From NCBI RefSeq assembly GCF_009914755.1, contig NC_060926.1: a DNA stretch of 64,000 bases. One strand, given 5' to 3'. The stretch is from the human T2T-CHM13v2.0 reference genome, Homo sapiens. This document shows positions 17,323-31,648 of this stretch, one piece after another (the stretch's first letter is position 1; each line of letters starts with the position of its first letter). A program made the translations under genes and the position numbers. Below the pieces are notes generated by a model. The model saw only the letters and a list, made by a program, of their open reading frames with translations, searched no databases and had not been told where the DNA came from.

Positions 17323-18901
17323 TGATGTGGAAAAATTAGTCTTGTTCCAAGAGTTACATTTGGGTTTCATGATTTACAGATATGGTGGTATATTTTTGTC
17401 TCACTATAAGTACAGTGTCAGCTATGTTAAAACATTTTTTTCAAAACATCACCTCTGCCTGAAACAAGTAAGTTTGGCATCTCTTTCAGTCCAATGCTTT
17501 GCATTTGCATTTTCATAACTAATCAAATAGTTTTATTGTAATTTTTGTCATCCTTTGACACAATATTCAAACTGCCTGCTTTGTTTAAATTATTAAAATA
17601 CTCCTTTAAATGATAAAACACAAACATGTAGGATATTGGAATTGCCTAACAAAAATGGACATCTTTGCTTTTCAAAAAACATTTGCTTGTTTTGCCAATT
17701 AGACGTGTAACATCAGCAGTTGTACTATATGGAGAATGGATGATTTGGTTCCATGGCTTTGGTAAAAGACTGATAACCCTCTTTGCTCAGTATGGAAATT
17801 CATTGGGTGGATTTAAAAAGAAAAAAGAAAATCCATCTGGCTAGAGACTTCAGTTTTCCTGGCTGGCCCCTTCTCTGTTCCTTTATAGTTTCCATACTCA
17901 ACTGCCTTCTGCCCTATCTTCTGTTACTTTCTCTTCATCTGGTATCAGAGAGGTACATTGGAACCATGAGGAAGGACTCCACTGTCTCCCTTCCTGCCTC
18001 TAAACTTGTCATGCCCAAAGTATAGAAAAACAGAGCTCGACCAAAATAGTGTTTGAAGATTTTTAAAGGAATGCTTTACTGAGATATGAAAATAAGTAAA
18101 AACAATGTACAAAAGCATGGAGCTGGGTATATACAGAAAATACTTTGGTGTCCCAAACATAAACTAATTTTACTTGATTTTTGTGATTTTTAAGGATACC
18201 TAACCTAAGCTTCTTACCTCCTACCTCAATTCTATTAGTCCAAATCCCAGCACTGCCATTTAAAAACAATGTGTTTTGGGGAAAGTCACCTGGCCTCACT
18301 GTGTCTTCATTGAAAACAACTAATAATTATTGAATAATTATTATGTACAGGGCACTATTCTAAGTATTAAATGTATTAATTTAATCTCCCTAATATCCTT
18401 GTAAAGTAGGTTCTATTACTGTCCCCATTTTACAGATGGAAAAATTGAGGCACAGAAGTTAAGTTTGCTCAAGGGGACACAGTTATTGGTAAAACCAGAA
18501 TTTGAACCTAGGCAATCTGCCTTTAAAGCCTAGCTCTTAACTCATTTATTATATTGCCTTCCTGTCAAAATTTAGATATTTACTCCAGGAAGTATTGGTG
18601 AGCATTAACCAAAGTAACAATTAAATCAGTGAGCATGGTACTTGGCAATGGGAGATGCTCACATATTCTCTTTTCTTACCATCCATTAGCCCCCTTTAGC
18701 AGGCTTGCAGTCATCTGTTTTAGTCTTCCTAGAAATATTTCTTGCTCAGGGTCCCTGGCATCTTAAAATTTATGTGAAGTGAATTTACTTGAAGCAAGGG
18801 ATGGGTGGGGGTATATGTGTTTTATTCTCAACTTAATCTGTTTTTCTAATTATATGGCGTTGGTGGCAGGTACTGGTTTTTTTCATGAAAGATATTAAAC
18901 A

Positions 18902-19227
<326 letters not shown>

Positions 19228-20248
19228 TTAAGGATAACTGTCCTTTCTTACCTGCCACTCAATTCCAAGAGCATTTTTTTTTAACTACCCAGTAAGTTTA
19301 TATCTCACAGATGCTTTCAGCTCTTAGCTTGTAAGTAGTATTTTTTTAAATCTTATTGAATGCCTAATACTTTCCATAGCATCAAAGATGCAAAAATGAT
19401 TAAGTCACCTGTAAACTGACTTGATTTGATTGGAATTAACTTTACTTAGATTATCATCAGCATTATTTCCCTTGTCAATAACAGAGCAAGTTAAAGATAT
19501 TTATGTTTTCTTTCTTCATTTCTTTGTTTTTTTATTTTTTTAATTAGGTTGTATTTTCTTAACAGTTCTGTCTTGTGTGAGAGTATTGTATTTTACTAAC
19601 TTTGAATCAACAGTTTGCCTGTAGTCACAGTACTTCTTTGGATAAGGATAAAAACATTTGAAAGAGAAGGAATACATCTGGCTTTGAGAGAGAAGATTCT
19701 CAATGTGACTCTAAGAACTTTGCATGCTAATAGGAATAGCTTTTTGTCCTGCATCAATAAGAATTCCATATTTTAGGAAGTGAAAACTTGTCAAACCACT
19801 TACTCATTTGATGTATTTTCCCTGAAAATTGGTAAGCATTTCACAGTATTTTATGGAAACTTTTCAAGGGTTATTGTTACATAGTTCCAATGTCTCTAAC
19901 TTTTCCATATCTGAATTTTACAAACACAGAAGTTAAAATATTGCTCAATTTCCTTATTCGTTGCCAAGTACCTTTTACCCATTTCCACTAGTAATTCTGT
20001 GAAATGTGTATCATTTTCCAGGGCAAATGTAGTTAGTATTAGACTTTTCATTCTAATCATACTGTAAAAGATTTAAAACTACCAATAGTGAAAAATCACT
20101 TAGACTGATATTTTTGGCAATTTTCATATCTATATAAATAGTTAAAAGAGATGTGAACTAGAATATTCTGCTACTGCTTTTTGCCTACCACACACAGTTT
20201 TGAGTTTCATTTACGTTTCCCCTATTGCTCAAACTCATTTCGTTTCCA

Positions 20249-21519
20249 CTGTTAGTTCGTTTGTGTTTCTATAAAGGAATACCTGAGACTGTGTAAGACT
20301 CAGGTAGACCTGAGACTAAAAGAAATGACCACAAGCCTTCCTTACAAAGAAAAGAGGTTTATTTGGCTCATGGTTCTGCAAGCTGTACATGAAGCATAGT
20401 GCCAGCGTCTGCTTTCCTTTTACATATAAGTTCCAAGTTTAAGTCATTTCTTTGCTCTGATGGTAGCCATGCCACTTCTTGAATGATTTGCTGCTTAGGA
20501 ACTTCTTTCGCTAGATAGTGAAATTAAATAGTGATGACCTGGGTCATCACTCTTAAGTTCAAACTTCTACCGATCCTAAGGGCAGAGGTGTCCAATCTTT
20601 TGGCTTCCCTGGGACACATTGGAAGAGTTGTCTTGGGCCACACATAAAATATACTAACACTAATAATAGCTCATGAGCTTTAAAAAAAAAAATTGCAGAA
20701 AAAATCTCATGATGTTTAAAAAAATTTACAAATTTGTGTTGGGCTGCATTCAAAGTTGTTCTGGGCCACATGTGGCCCACAGACCACAGGTTAGACAAGC
20801 TTGCCCTGCGGCATGGATACAGTGCAGCCAAAATCCTTGCGGGGACATAAAAAGGATGACCTTTACTCCAGTTTCCAATAAATTCCTCAATATCATCTGA
20901 GACTTTGTGAGCCTTTCACTCTGCGTATTTCTATCAGCATTTTAGTCACAACCATTTAACCAGTTTCTAAGAAGTTCTAAACTTTCCCTCATCTTCCTGT
21001 CATCTTCTGAGCTTTCAAACTCTTCCAGCCTCTGCTCTTACCCAGCTCCAAAACCACTTCTACATCTTCAGTTATCTTTATAGCAGTGCCCCACTCCTCA
21101 GTACTAATTTTCTGTGTTAGTTTGTTTGTGTTGCTATAAAAGAATACTTGAGACTAGGTAATGTATAAAGAAATGAGGTTTATTTGGCTCATGGTTCTGC
21201 AAGCTGTACATGAAGCATAGTGCTAGCATCTGCTTCTGGTAAGGGTCTCAGGAAGCTTACAATCATGGCAGAAGGCAACAAGGAGCCAGCATGTCACATG
21301 GTGAAAGAGGGAGCAAGAGAGAGATGCCAGGCTCTTTTAAACAACCAGCTGTTGTGTGAACTACCACAGAGACCTCACTCATTACCATGGGGATGGCACC
21401 AAGCCATTCATGATGGATCTGGCCCATGACCCAATGCACCTCCCACTAGGCCCACCTTTAACAGTAGAGGTCACATTTCAACATTAGATTTGGAGGGGAC
21501 ACACATCTAAACCATAGCA
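20249..21519. mobile_element. Internally deleted MaLR (MSTB-like): partial LTR 20249-20414, internal remnant, full LTR 21113-21519
   Basis: Two copies of gaggtttatttggctcatggttctgcaagctgtacatgaagcatagtgc; MST-type int/LTR junction ccccactcctcagtactaattttc|tgtgttag; LTR end aaccatagca. Confidence 0.85.
20583..20803. mobile_element. MER30 hAT MITE nested in MST internal sequence
   Basis: cagaggtgtccaatcttttggcttccctggg...ggttagacaagcttg termini. Confidence 0.85.
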
Positions 21520-21991
21520 TCTCACTTCATTGAACTCTGTATCTCATCCCTTAATGCTTGATAATATAATATTATATATTATTCTCCAGTTGTTCTCTGG
21601 GAAAAATGTTTAGGATACCATCTCTGTAGTCTACCAGCATTGCATCTGCCAACCAGGTCAAGGATGTAGTCTGTAATTGGGAACAGGTAAGGGATTGGAT
21701 TATTGAAGTCTCAGGATCTGAAACTCTTCAAGTTATATCACATCTCTTTTTTTAAATTAATCCATTGATAGCTACTACTTATCCAAGATTGGACTGTCTC
21801 TTTTCCTTTAATTCCAGGTAGCATTATGTAGACTTCATGAAAGAACACTGTTACACCGATACAGCCAAAGAAGACACATCTTTGCTATGTTCCAAAAATA
21901 TGCATTCTAAAGCCAAATCTGATGCTTTGAAATATGTGCTGTTATGGATTATGTACCCAGTTATACATCCAATCCTTTAGCTAGTTTCTAG

Positions 21992-22300
<309 letters not shown>

Positions 22301-22834
22301 ATTTAGTTTTATTTTAATTACTAAGAGTAATTTAAGTAACAGTTAACATGTCAGTTTTATTTGTCCTATTAAAATATTTTGAACAAACAGTATTTTCTTC
22401 TAATTAATAATATCTCCATAAATTACTATGTGACTGCTTTTATAATTCGTAAGTTAAAATCACAGAAATAATTCAGGCGTTTAGATATTGAAATGGTAGG
22501 GTAGAATTTGAAGAGCAGCAGTTGTTAAAACACTTAAACCAGTTTTATTTTCATAAATATCATGGGACTCCATTTTCTCTCCAAAGCAAGAAATGATCTA
22601 AACAAATTTAAGGAACAGAACAGCAATAACTGGGATTAAGTTAAATTATATAAAGCACATGTGGTGTCAGTGAGCACTTATGACTTAATGTGAGACCCTA
22701 TGGGAAATTACTATTTGTTCTCCAACTAAGGAACAAAACTTTGTCCTGACTGTATTAAATTTGAATGAGGGTTCACTAAATGTTTTAACAGCAATTTTTG
22801 TTTTTAATGGACATGTTCTGGAATATGAACTTAA

Positions 22835-23340
<506 letters not shown>

Positions 23341-24638
23341 ATTCTATATATAGAGGTATTATAGATTGGCCAGACTTTAAGATACTTATTTCTTAAAATA
23401 GTAAATTATTTCCAAATAGTAGAATATTATCTGTAAGTTTTATTATGTATTTGCAAGAAGAACACTATTAAAAAAAAAAAGAACACTCTATTAAGTTTCA
23501 CATCATAGACTGACTGTGGTAAACTCTATCATGGATTCTTACCATAACATTTTCTTGGGTACATATTGAGGAAAGACTTTATAAATGAGATATTTTGCAG
23601 TGAAGTTCTTTTTTAAAAACATTTCATAAATAATCCCCTCAGAAGGGGTTTAAACTAATGCTACCTTTATATTACATACTTGTCTAAAAAGTATTGTAAT
23701 ATAATTCTAAGTCCTGATCTCATCAAGAGGAGTAGAAGGGAAGGAAAGTGAAAGATGGGAATCTTTGAATAAGCGGAAATTTTCATTTTTGTGACAGTAT
23801 TCACCACAAAAGAGAAATGTAAGAGTGGGTTAAAAGAAAAGGATTAAGGAAGGTTATAAACTTTAAAATATAAGATAGTAGCAGGAAAACAATAGTGTTT
23901 CCATCTATATATCTTGTTCTAGATATCCCTCAAGATTGGTATTATTTAAAAAACAAACCTGAACTCTAATGAAGTTTTTCTCCCTTTTTAAAAATGAGCC
24001 ATTTTTGTTTACAGTTGGTAGTGTGCCTGCTGTATTCTGAAGGTCGGACTTCCTTAACAGGAAAGTCTGCTTGTTAAACCTTCTGAAGAATGTATTCAGT
24101 AATGTTCTGTGAATCCTTTAGGAACTTTGTCATGTGGAAATTCCCAGCCTATTGTGCGGGTAGCTTAACATTGATAGTTTCTAGAGACTTCAAGGGAATA
24201 TTTTCTTGTGAAAGAGTTAGTATGAACTTAAAGGTTGAGGGAGCTGTGGGTTGGAAGAACCATGTGGGGAGAAATAAGAGTTCAGAAATAACAGGAATAA
24301 AGTAAATTGGGACTGGTTTTAAATATTTTTTTGCTAATACTTTACCTTTCAGTATGTTAAGGTAATAGTGGTATAAGTGTTAAGAAAAATGGGCTAGGAA
24401 AAAAAAAGAGAGAACTTAAACCACGGGGATGCTTCCATTTAAGGTCAATAAGATGAATCAGAGAGAAAGGAAAGTGAAAGGAGAACCAAGAGAGGGGTGG
24501 ATGTAAAAGTCAAGGAAGGAAGTAAATTTAAGAATAAGTAGTATCATGTTCTGTATAGGGTAATAATTGCTAGAAGACTATCAGATATGGCTACTAGATG
24601 ACATTGGTAACCTTGAAGAGAATCGTAATGGCAAAGTA

Positions 24639-24879
24639 CAATTGTCCTTGTATATACTCAGTGGATTGGTTCCAGCACCACCTGTGGATACTAAAATCCA
24701 GGCATGCTTAAGTCCTGCAGTCAGCCCTCCAGAACCCACATATATGAAAAGTTGGCCCTCCGTATATATGGATTTCGCATCCCATGGTACTGTATTTTCT
24801 ATCACAGTTGGGGTCGGAAAAACATCCATGTATAAGTGGACCCACACAGTTAAAACCAGTGTTGTTCAAGGGTCTGCTG
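24639..24879. mobile_element. MER8-like Tigger MITE
   Basis: ta|caattgtcc...ggattggttccag...gttcaagggtctgctg; ~240 bp. Confidence 0.8.
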
Positions 24880-25037
24880 TGGTAGGAATAGACGACATTT
24901 GCCAGTAGTTAAAGAGTGTAGTAGTGGAAAAGTAGGCAGCAAGTCGTATGATAGTGAATAGTGAAAGGAAGGAAAGAGTATGTTAAACATGTCTGTGTTG
25001 AACTGGTGGAAGACTGACAATAAAAAATTGCAGAGGA

Positions 25038-25347
25038 GGCCAGGCTTACTGGCTCATGCCTGTAATCCCAGCACTTTGGGAGGCTGAGGTGAGTGAATCA
25101 CCTGAGATCAGGAGTTTGAGACTAGCCTGGCCAACATGGTGAAGTCCCGTCTCTACCAAAAATACAAAATTTAGCCAGGTGTGGTGGTGCGCACCTGTAA
25201 TCCCAGCTACTCAGGAGGCTGAGTGAGGCAGGAGAACTGCTTGAACCCAGGAGGTGGAAGTTGGAGTGAGCTGAGGACGCACACTGCACTCCAGCCTGGG
25301 CGATAGAGCTAGACTCTGTCTCAAAAAAAAAAAAAAAAAAAAAAAAA
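25038..25347 (+). mobile_element. Alu (S-type)
   Basis: Full dimer; TSD AAAAAATTGCAG(A/G)GGA. Confidence 0.96.
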
Positions 25348-25971
25348 TTGCAGGGGAAATGTTCCCCAAAAGGCAAGAGGGAAGATAGGATATGAATTTA
25401 AGGTTTAGAAAGAAGAAACTGAATCAAGAGCAGAAAACAGAAAAGGGGAAAAATGAAAATAATATTTTTACGTAAACTTTAAAAAAAAATTTCTTAATCA
25501 TTAGAACCTGTGAAATTTTAGGGGAACTTGAGAGAAGTCATGTTGATATATGTGGTGAAAGAGTAGAAGTTACCTGCTGAGAGTGGAGGGGTTGTGGGAA
25601 GGAGTTGGTAATTTTAGTACAGTAACAAAGATCTGAAAATAAGAGCTGTAGGTACTATAAGAGAAGGTTAATTAGAGAGGAATAAGAAGATTTCCAGGTG
25701 TCACTGAGGGATCTTAAGAGTTAACATTTGTATTGGATCCAGCCAGGACAGTTTTATGACTCAACGATGCTCAGTAGAATTTGTCCAAGGGTAAATCAAA
25801 ACACCAATTCCTCACCCTGTCCTAGAGGGTGATCTGGCCTCTGCCTAATTTCCTTTTCTTGTTCCTCTTTTTTTTAACAACTATGATGCACCCACACTGA
25901 ACATTTAGTTCTTTCTCTTCTGTCTGCGTGAGATGCTTTTCTTTGCCCATGATCTTTCCATTAAGGTTTCT

Positions 25972-26281
25972 TATTTATTAATTTTTATTTATTTATTTTG
26001 AGACAAGGTCTTGCTCAAAAGCTGGAGGGCAGTGGCATGATCACAGCTCACTGCAGTCTTGACCTTCAGGCTCAAGTGATCCTCCTGCCTCGGCCTCCCA
26101 TGTAGCTGGGACTACAGGCATGCCCCACCGTGCCCACTTTTTTTTTTTTTTTTTTTTTTGTGGAGACTGGGTCTCACTGTGTTGCCCAGGCTGGTCTCGA
26201 ACTCCTGGCCTCAAGCAGTTCTCCTGCCTTGTCTCCCAAAGTGTTGAGATTACAGGCCTGAGCCACTGCACCCAGCCTGGT
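25972..26281 (-). mobile_element. Alu (J-type)
   Basis: J-diagnostic gctcactgcagtcttgaccttcaggctcaagtgatcctcc. Confidence 0.92.
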
Positions 26282-26581
26282 TCCTTATTTAAATTCAAGC
26301 TTAAAGTCATCTCCTCAAGTAATCTTTTTCCAACTCTACAATCACTCTATCATGTGGCCCAGTTTAATTTTACGCATTATTTATTGACTAAAATGTTCTG
26401 TCTTTTGTCTGTTTTCTGTTTCTCTGCACTAGAATGTAAATTGCACAAGAGCAAGTCTTGTTTTTTGGTTCACCACTACATCCCGAGAGCTGACAACATA
26501 GTTGATACTTAATAAATATTTGTTGAGTGAATTCATAAAATGAAAATAATCAAGATTCTGTCTTCCTTTTTGCCAGGATAA

Positions 26582-26803
<222 letters not shown>

Positions 26804-26973
26804 TTAAATATGTTTAAGAAGATTAGTTACCATTGAAATTGGTTCTGTCATAAAACAGCATGAGTCTGGTTTTAAATTATCTTTGTATTATGTGTCACAT
26901 GGTTATTTTTTAAATGAGGATTCACTGACTTGTTTTTATATTGAAAAAAGTTCCACGTATTGTAGAAAACGTA

Positions 26974-26979
26974 AATAAA
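26974..26979 (+). terminator. PMS1: PMS1 polyadenylation signal AATAAA (short ~190-nt 3'UTR)
   Basis: First AATAAA after the stop codon, 171 nt downstream. Confidence 0.8.
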
Positions 26980-27366
26980 CTAATATAGACTATTCATTTG
27001 ATTCTCAAGAACCAACCATCATCATAATTATGAGTTGTAGGCTCAAAATTGGAAAATAGGTAGTATTTTTGGGTGGTTATTTACTAGGTCCTCTGTGCAG
27101 GGAGAAATCAAACATCACACATACTGGCATATCTGACAAACAGTGTCAATATTTTTTAAAGTACAATGGAGAGTCAGAGTGGGAGAAAATGAGAAAACGA
27201 AGTTTAGAGGAAGAAGAAAACCAGAAATCCTTCCTTTAACTTCAATTTAGGGGGTAACAGATTAGATGTTGCTGTCTCTTTATTATATGGTAATTATTGG
27301 ATTTGGGGGTCAACTTTTGTTGGAATACATGGGAAGACCTAGATTTTTAACAGAAAACTTAGGGGA

Positions 27367-27656
27367 ATTTTTTTTTTTTTAAGACTCTCGCTCTTGTCAC
27401 CCAGGCTGGAGTGCAATGGCACAGTCTTGGCTCACTGCAACCTCCACTTCCCAGGTTCAAGCGATTCTCTTGCCTCAGCCTCCCGTAACTGGGATTACAG
27501 CCGTCCACCCCACACCTGGCTAATTTTTGTATTTTTAGTAGAGATGGGGTTTCACCATGTTGGCCAGGCTGGTCTCGAACTCCTGACCTCAGGTGATCCA
27601 TCCACCTCAGCCTCCCAAAGTGCTGGGATTACAGGTATGAGCCGCCACACCGGGCC
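27367..27656 (-). mobile_element. Alu (S-type)
   Basis: Antisense dimer. Confidence 0.95.
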
Positions 27657-28497
27657 ATTAGGTGAAAATTATCTATTGTACATATGCCCTTTCAAAAACC
27701 AGGTCCCACAGTGCACCAAAATACCTTTATAAAAAGTTGAAACATGATTTTTAATGAACATATTTGTTGTGTAAAATAAGACATGTTATTCTGGATACGA
27801 TGTCCCCACACTCACACCATCTCCCATAACTCTCAAAGATCATCTTTAAATTCCTAAGATCCTTGTGTTAAGTACAAATTGTGAAACCTGGATTCTGCCT
27901 TTTCTTCTGCCAATATCATCCTATTTTGCATGACCCAAAATACTGCTTCCCCTGACTCTCCATTTCCCCTTTTATAAATGTGAGGTCCTGCTCTGGGAGA
28001 GCTTTCTGGGAGTAATCCTTTTAAATTAACTGGGTAAACTGAGGGAAGAGAGGCTCACAGAAGCTATCAAAGATGAAATTTGCATCATACATTTGCACTC
28101 ACCGTAAGTAAAACTGTAGACTCATTTTTTAGCCAATATAGTCTGTACTGGTCTTACAACTATCTTGTAGATGAAGAAACTCATTTCTCACCAGTTATGA
28201 ATTGTGTCAAAGCAGGTTGGTAGGAATGGCAGTAGGTATTTACCACTTATTTGCTAGACAGGTTAAGCACTTACCTTGGCTAATCTCATTTAATGTTCAC
28301 AGCGAATTTAAATTTGTAGTTACTGTTGAGATTCTAATCCCAGAGCTCCTGTTCTTAACCACCATTATACTGCCTGCCATGAGAAATGGGCCCTAAAGAG
28401 TTATTTGGGTCAACTAAACATAGGTAGTTAGGGAGTATAAAACACTCCCTGACACCACTTTAACGAATGCTGGAGTAAATCAACTTTAGGATGCAAC

Positions 28498-28787
28498 TTT
28501 TTTTTTGAGACAAGAGTCTCGCTTTGTCGCCCAAGCTAGAGTGCAGTGGGGCGTTGGCTTCCTGCAACCTCCGGCTCCCAGGTTCAAACGATTCTCCTGC
28601 CTCAGCCTCCCCCGAGTAGCTGGGATTACAGGCGCCCGCCACCCGCCACCACGTCCCGCTAAATTTTGTATTTTTTGGTAGAGACGGGGTTTCACCATGT
28701 TGGCCAGGCTGGTCTGGAGGTCCTGACCTCAAGCGATTGCCCCGCCTCAGCCTCCCAAAGTGCTGGGATTACCCACCGCGCCTGGCC
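28498..28787 (-). mobile_element. Alu with retained CpGs, forming the upstream edge of the CpG island
   Basis: Antisense dimer with small indels; flanks GCAACTTT/GCAACGTTT. Confidence 0.95.
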
Positions 28788-29330
28788 GGCAACGTTTTCC
28801 TAACGGTGACTGGAGTAGCAGACTGGCGTGAACAGGAATGGGCTTCAGGTGAGGGTCTAGCGTTGCCCCACGGACCAATCCTGGTTGACGAGGCTAAGGG
28901 AAGCCTAGCAACCACGCAGAAGCCCGGCAATCTTCCGCAGCGCTCCCATCCTCCACAAGTCCTTACAACAGCCCCAGCACCACCCGCGGGACCAAATGCT
29001 GAAGCTGGGAGCGGCGACAGGGAAGCGCTGGCTCCCAGAATGGAGGTAACGGCTGCTGCGGCCTGGGAGGCTTACCCGGAATTAAGGGCGAGGCGAGGAG
29101 ATCCGAAGGAAAAGGAAAGCTTCACCCCAAGTTACCCATTTGCCTCTTTAGGCTGGGTTGCCAGAGCCCTTGGCCTGGGAGAAGGACTTTTAAGGTATGA
29201 GTTCTAAAGTGCTCTTTACACCCAAGTATGTTGCTTAGGATCCCAGCCTTCGCTATAGCCACAGGGCTGACCCAAAACCCTACGGAAGTCAGACCTGCAG
29301 GCCCCTCTTGAACATGTTGCTGAGAAGGTA
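28500..29330 (+). promoter_or_regulatory. CpG-island-like promoter downstream of PMS1
   Basis: Abrupt GC/CpG enrichment in an AT-rich window; CCAAT 28875-28879; ETS-type CGGAAGT 29283-29289; eight RFX-type half-sites; + strand donors GAG|gtaacg (29045/6) and AAG|gtatga (29194/5). From memory, the distal start of long C2orf88/AKAP19 transcripts lies ~2 kb past PMS1 (not verified). Confidence 0.8.
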
Positions 29331-29709
29331 GCCATCTATGGTCTGGCCAGACCTAGGAGGTTTTAGATATTTAACTTATCGAAAAATGTTAGACCTGTAT
29401 TCAGATGAACGGATTTTTGTTACTTTCATTGGCTACGTGATTCTCTGTGATTTTATCCAGATTTTGTGGCTCAGTTTGTAGGAATTGCAACCCAACCCAG
29501 CACAGCCCGCATTTCTCAACTAAAAGTGTAAATAGGAGCCACTTTTCCCTCTCCAAATTCTTACCTGTTTTATTTTCATCTTATGTTCTTATGTCTGCAA
29601 GCTTCCTCCAGCATTTTTTGGTGGTTTTTTTGAGGGCAGGAGGGAGCAGAAGCCACTAAATAAACTTGGGCTTGGGTCTACACTGAAAACCAAAAATAGA
29701 TTTAACTTT

Positions 29710-30116
29710 TGCAAACCAAAAAGCATCTGAGATAGGTCTCAATAAATTTAGAAGTTTATTTTGTCAAAATTAAGGACATACCCGGGAGACAGGTCTGTAT
29801 GCCTTTCTCCAAAGATGATTTTGAGAGCTATTTAATGGTGAAAGGCAGGCTGGAAGGGAAGGAGGGAGGATATGGTCACATTACTGAATCCACATGTTGC
29901 AAGAGAAAAGGAGCAGGTAAAGGAATAGTCAGTGTATTGTCTGACGCTCAGTAAATTCACACTTCACGTAAGATACTGTGAGATGTTTAACCTTTTATCT
30001 GTAGCTATCTGCTTAGGAACAAAGGAAGGGCAGTTTCTTGGATGACTCAGCTTTCAGCTTAATTTTTTCCTTTTGGCATAGTGAATTGGGTCCCAAGTTT
30101 TTATTTTTGTTTCACA
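29710..30116 (-). mobile_element. MER4-group (ERV1) solo LTR
   Basis: TG...CA termini; minus strand starts TGTGAAACAAAAATAAAAACTTGGGACCC; 4-bp flanks CTTT/CTCT. Confidence 0.8.
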
Positions 30117-30574
30117 CTCTTTACAGTACCTAATTAATGCAAAGGAAATAATACATTTGGGGACCCCAAATGTTGATCACTAACTTAAACCAAAGTTACC
30201 AGGCAAATTAAAATACCAGTAATGATACTAAAATATTTAAATGACTAGACTTGTTCTTGGAGTGGAGCATTTCGGGCAAGCCAATGTTCATGGATTTATA
30301 GTGGCTAAAAATAATCTTGAGGTGAGCCAACTAATTTTACAGATGAGAAAATAGAAGGCCAAAGTGACATACGTGACATACATACATGACATACGTGAGC
30401 ACACACAGCTAATCTAGTGCTCTACTAGTTCCACTTTAAATGTTTATATTACTGTAAACAAAGATAAGTACTGAAAAAAAACAAATTTTACTGCAAAGCC
30501 AAATGAAAAATGACTTGAGATTGTCACCTTTCTCCCTTTACAAACATAAATAATCAAGAGTTAACTGTTAACCT

Positions 30575-31560
30575 TGTGAAAGGAAAATAAATCTTGGGGC
30601 TCCTAAATCACTAAGCTAAAGGGAAAAGTCAAGCTGGGAACTGCTTAGGACCAACCTGCCTCCCATTCTGTTCAGAGTCACCCGTCTGCTCACTGAAATA
30701 AATGCATATCTGATTGGCGTCTCCAAAGGATTGTTCTCCAAATGATGTTTTTTTCCTAGATGAGTAGATCCTGAGTTATTAGGAAAGCTCATTTTAGCAG
30801 GTTTGTGAAGTCTCATGTCCTATGAAGAGAAAATAAGGGGAGGAAGGCAGAAAAACAATAAACAAAAGAACAATCCTGGAAAATCTATATAGGCCACATT
30901 GTTCTGAAGTCCATAGATCTGTAGGCAGGTATGAAAGTGGCTTATGTATGTAAGTAGGTTGCTGTTATTTTCTTCTGAAGTTTAAGTTGTCTAGCTTCAC
31001 TTTGCAGGGCTTTACGAAAGCACAGCTTAGTTTTCAGTGACTGAAAATTAGGAAAAATGGGGAAAAAGAAGGAAAAAAATTGAAAACATTATTTTGCAGT
31101 CTTGTAGCCTGCAAAATAGAAAGATTAGAATTCAGTCCAAAGTAGAAAATAATAAAAATTGAAAAACATTAGGCAAGACTAGAATCTAAGAACAGATGTA
31201 CTACAGTTTTTGAAACATAATTTTTCTCCAGTTTCCCATTTTTATTAAAGACAAATCATGGTAGAACTGATTCACTTTATTAAACTTGTTCTGACTATTT
31301 GTATACAGTGCAGCAAGAATAATTATTTGTTTTTACATAGGCTTTTAAATTGGCTTTGATGGAACTTTGTTCCATAGAAGGAATCTCAGATAAAATTTTT
31401 TTAAAGCCAAGCCCAGCCATGGATTTGTACCATCAAATACCTATGAGTTGGGTGAATTCCTCTCTGAAGTTCCAAGATAAACTTGGGGCTCCTGGGCCTG
31501 TCAGAAAGTGACATTCTTTCTAAATTAACTGAGACCTGTCTCAGATTTTCGGAGTTCACA
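30575..31560 (+). mobile_element. MER4A-like LTR ends enclosing ERV1 internal-type sequence
   Basis: Starts TGTGAAAGGAAAATAAATCTTGGGGC; ends ctaaattaactgagacctgtctcagat...ttcaca; flanks ACCT/ACTT. Confidence 0.75.
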
Positions 31561-31648
31561 ACTTTATTCTAGAGCTTTCATTTAATCTCACCTAAACGTG
31601 ATAAGTTTTATTTTTAAACCCTTCTTCACTGTTTCCAGTAATAACTAG

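Noticed and set aside
24567-24908. 113-aa ORF in PMS1 intron 12
   Set aside because: Overlaps a MER8-like MITE, has a non-ATG start and no splice support
28737-29207. 156-aa ORF across the CpG island
   Set aside because: Begins inside an Alu at a non-ATG codon, reads through the 29045 donor, and long ORFs are expected in GC-rich DNA; only the internal ATG GAG is treated as meaningful
30364-30398. GTGACATAC short tandem array (also 11-bp tandem at 205-226 and 16-bp repeat at 44014/44045)
   Set aside because: Ordinary slippage duplications; no repeat-spacer organisation, so not CRISPR-like
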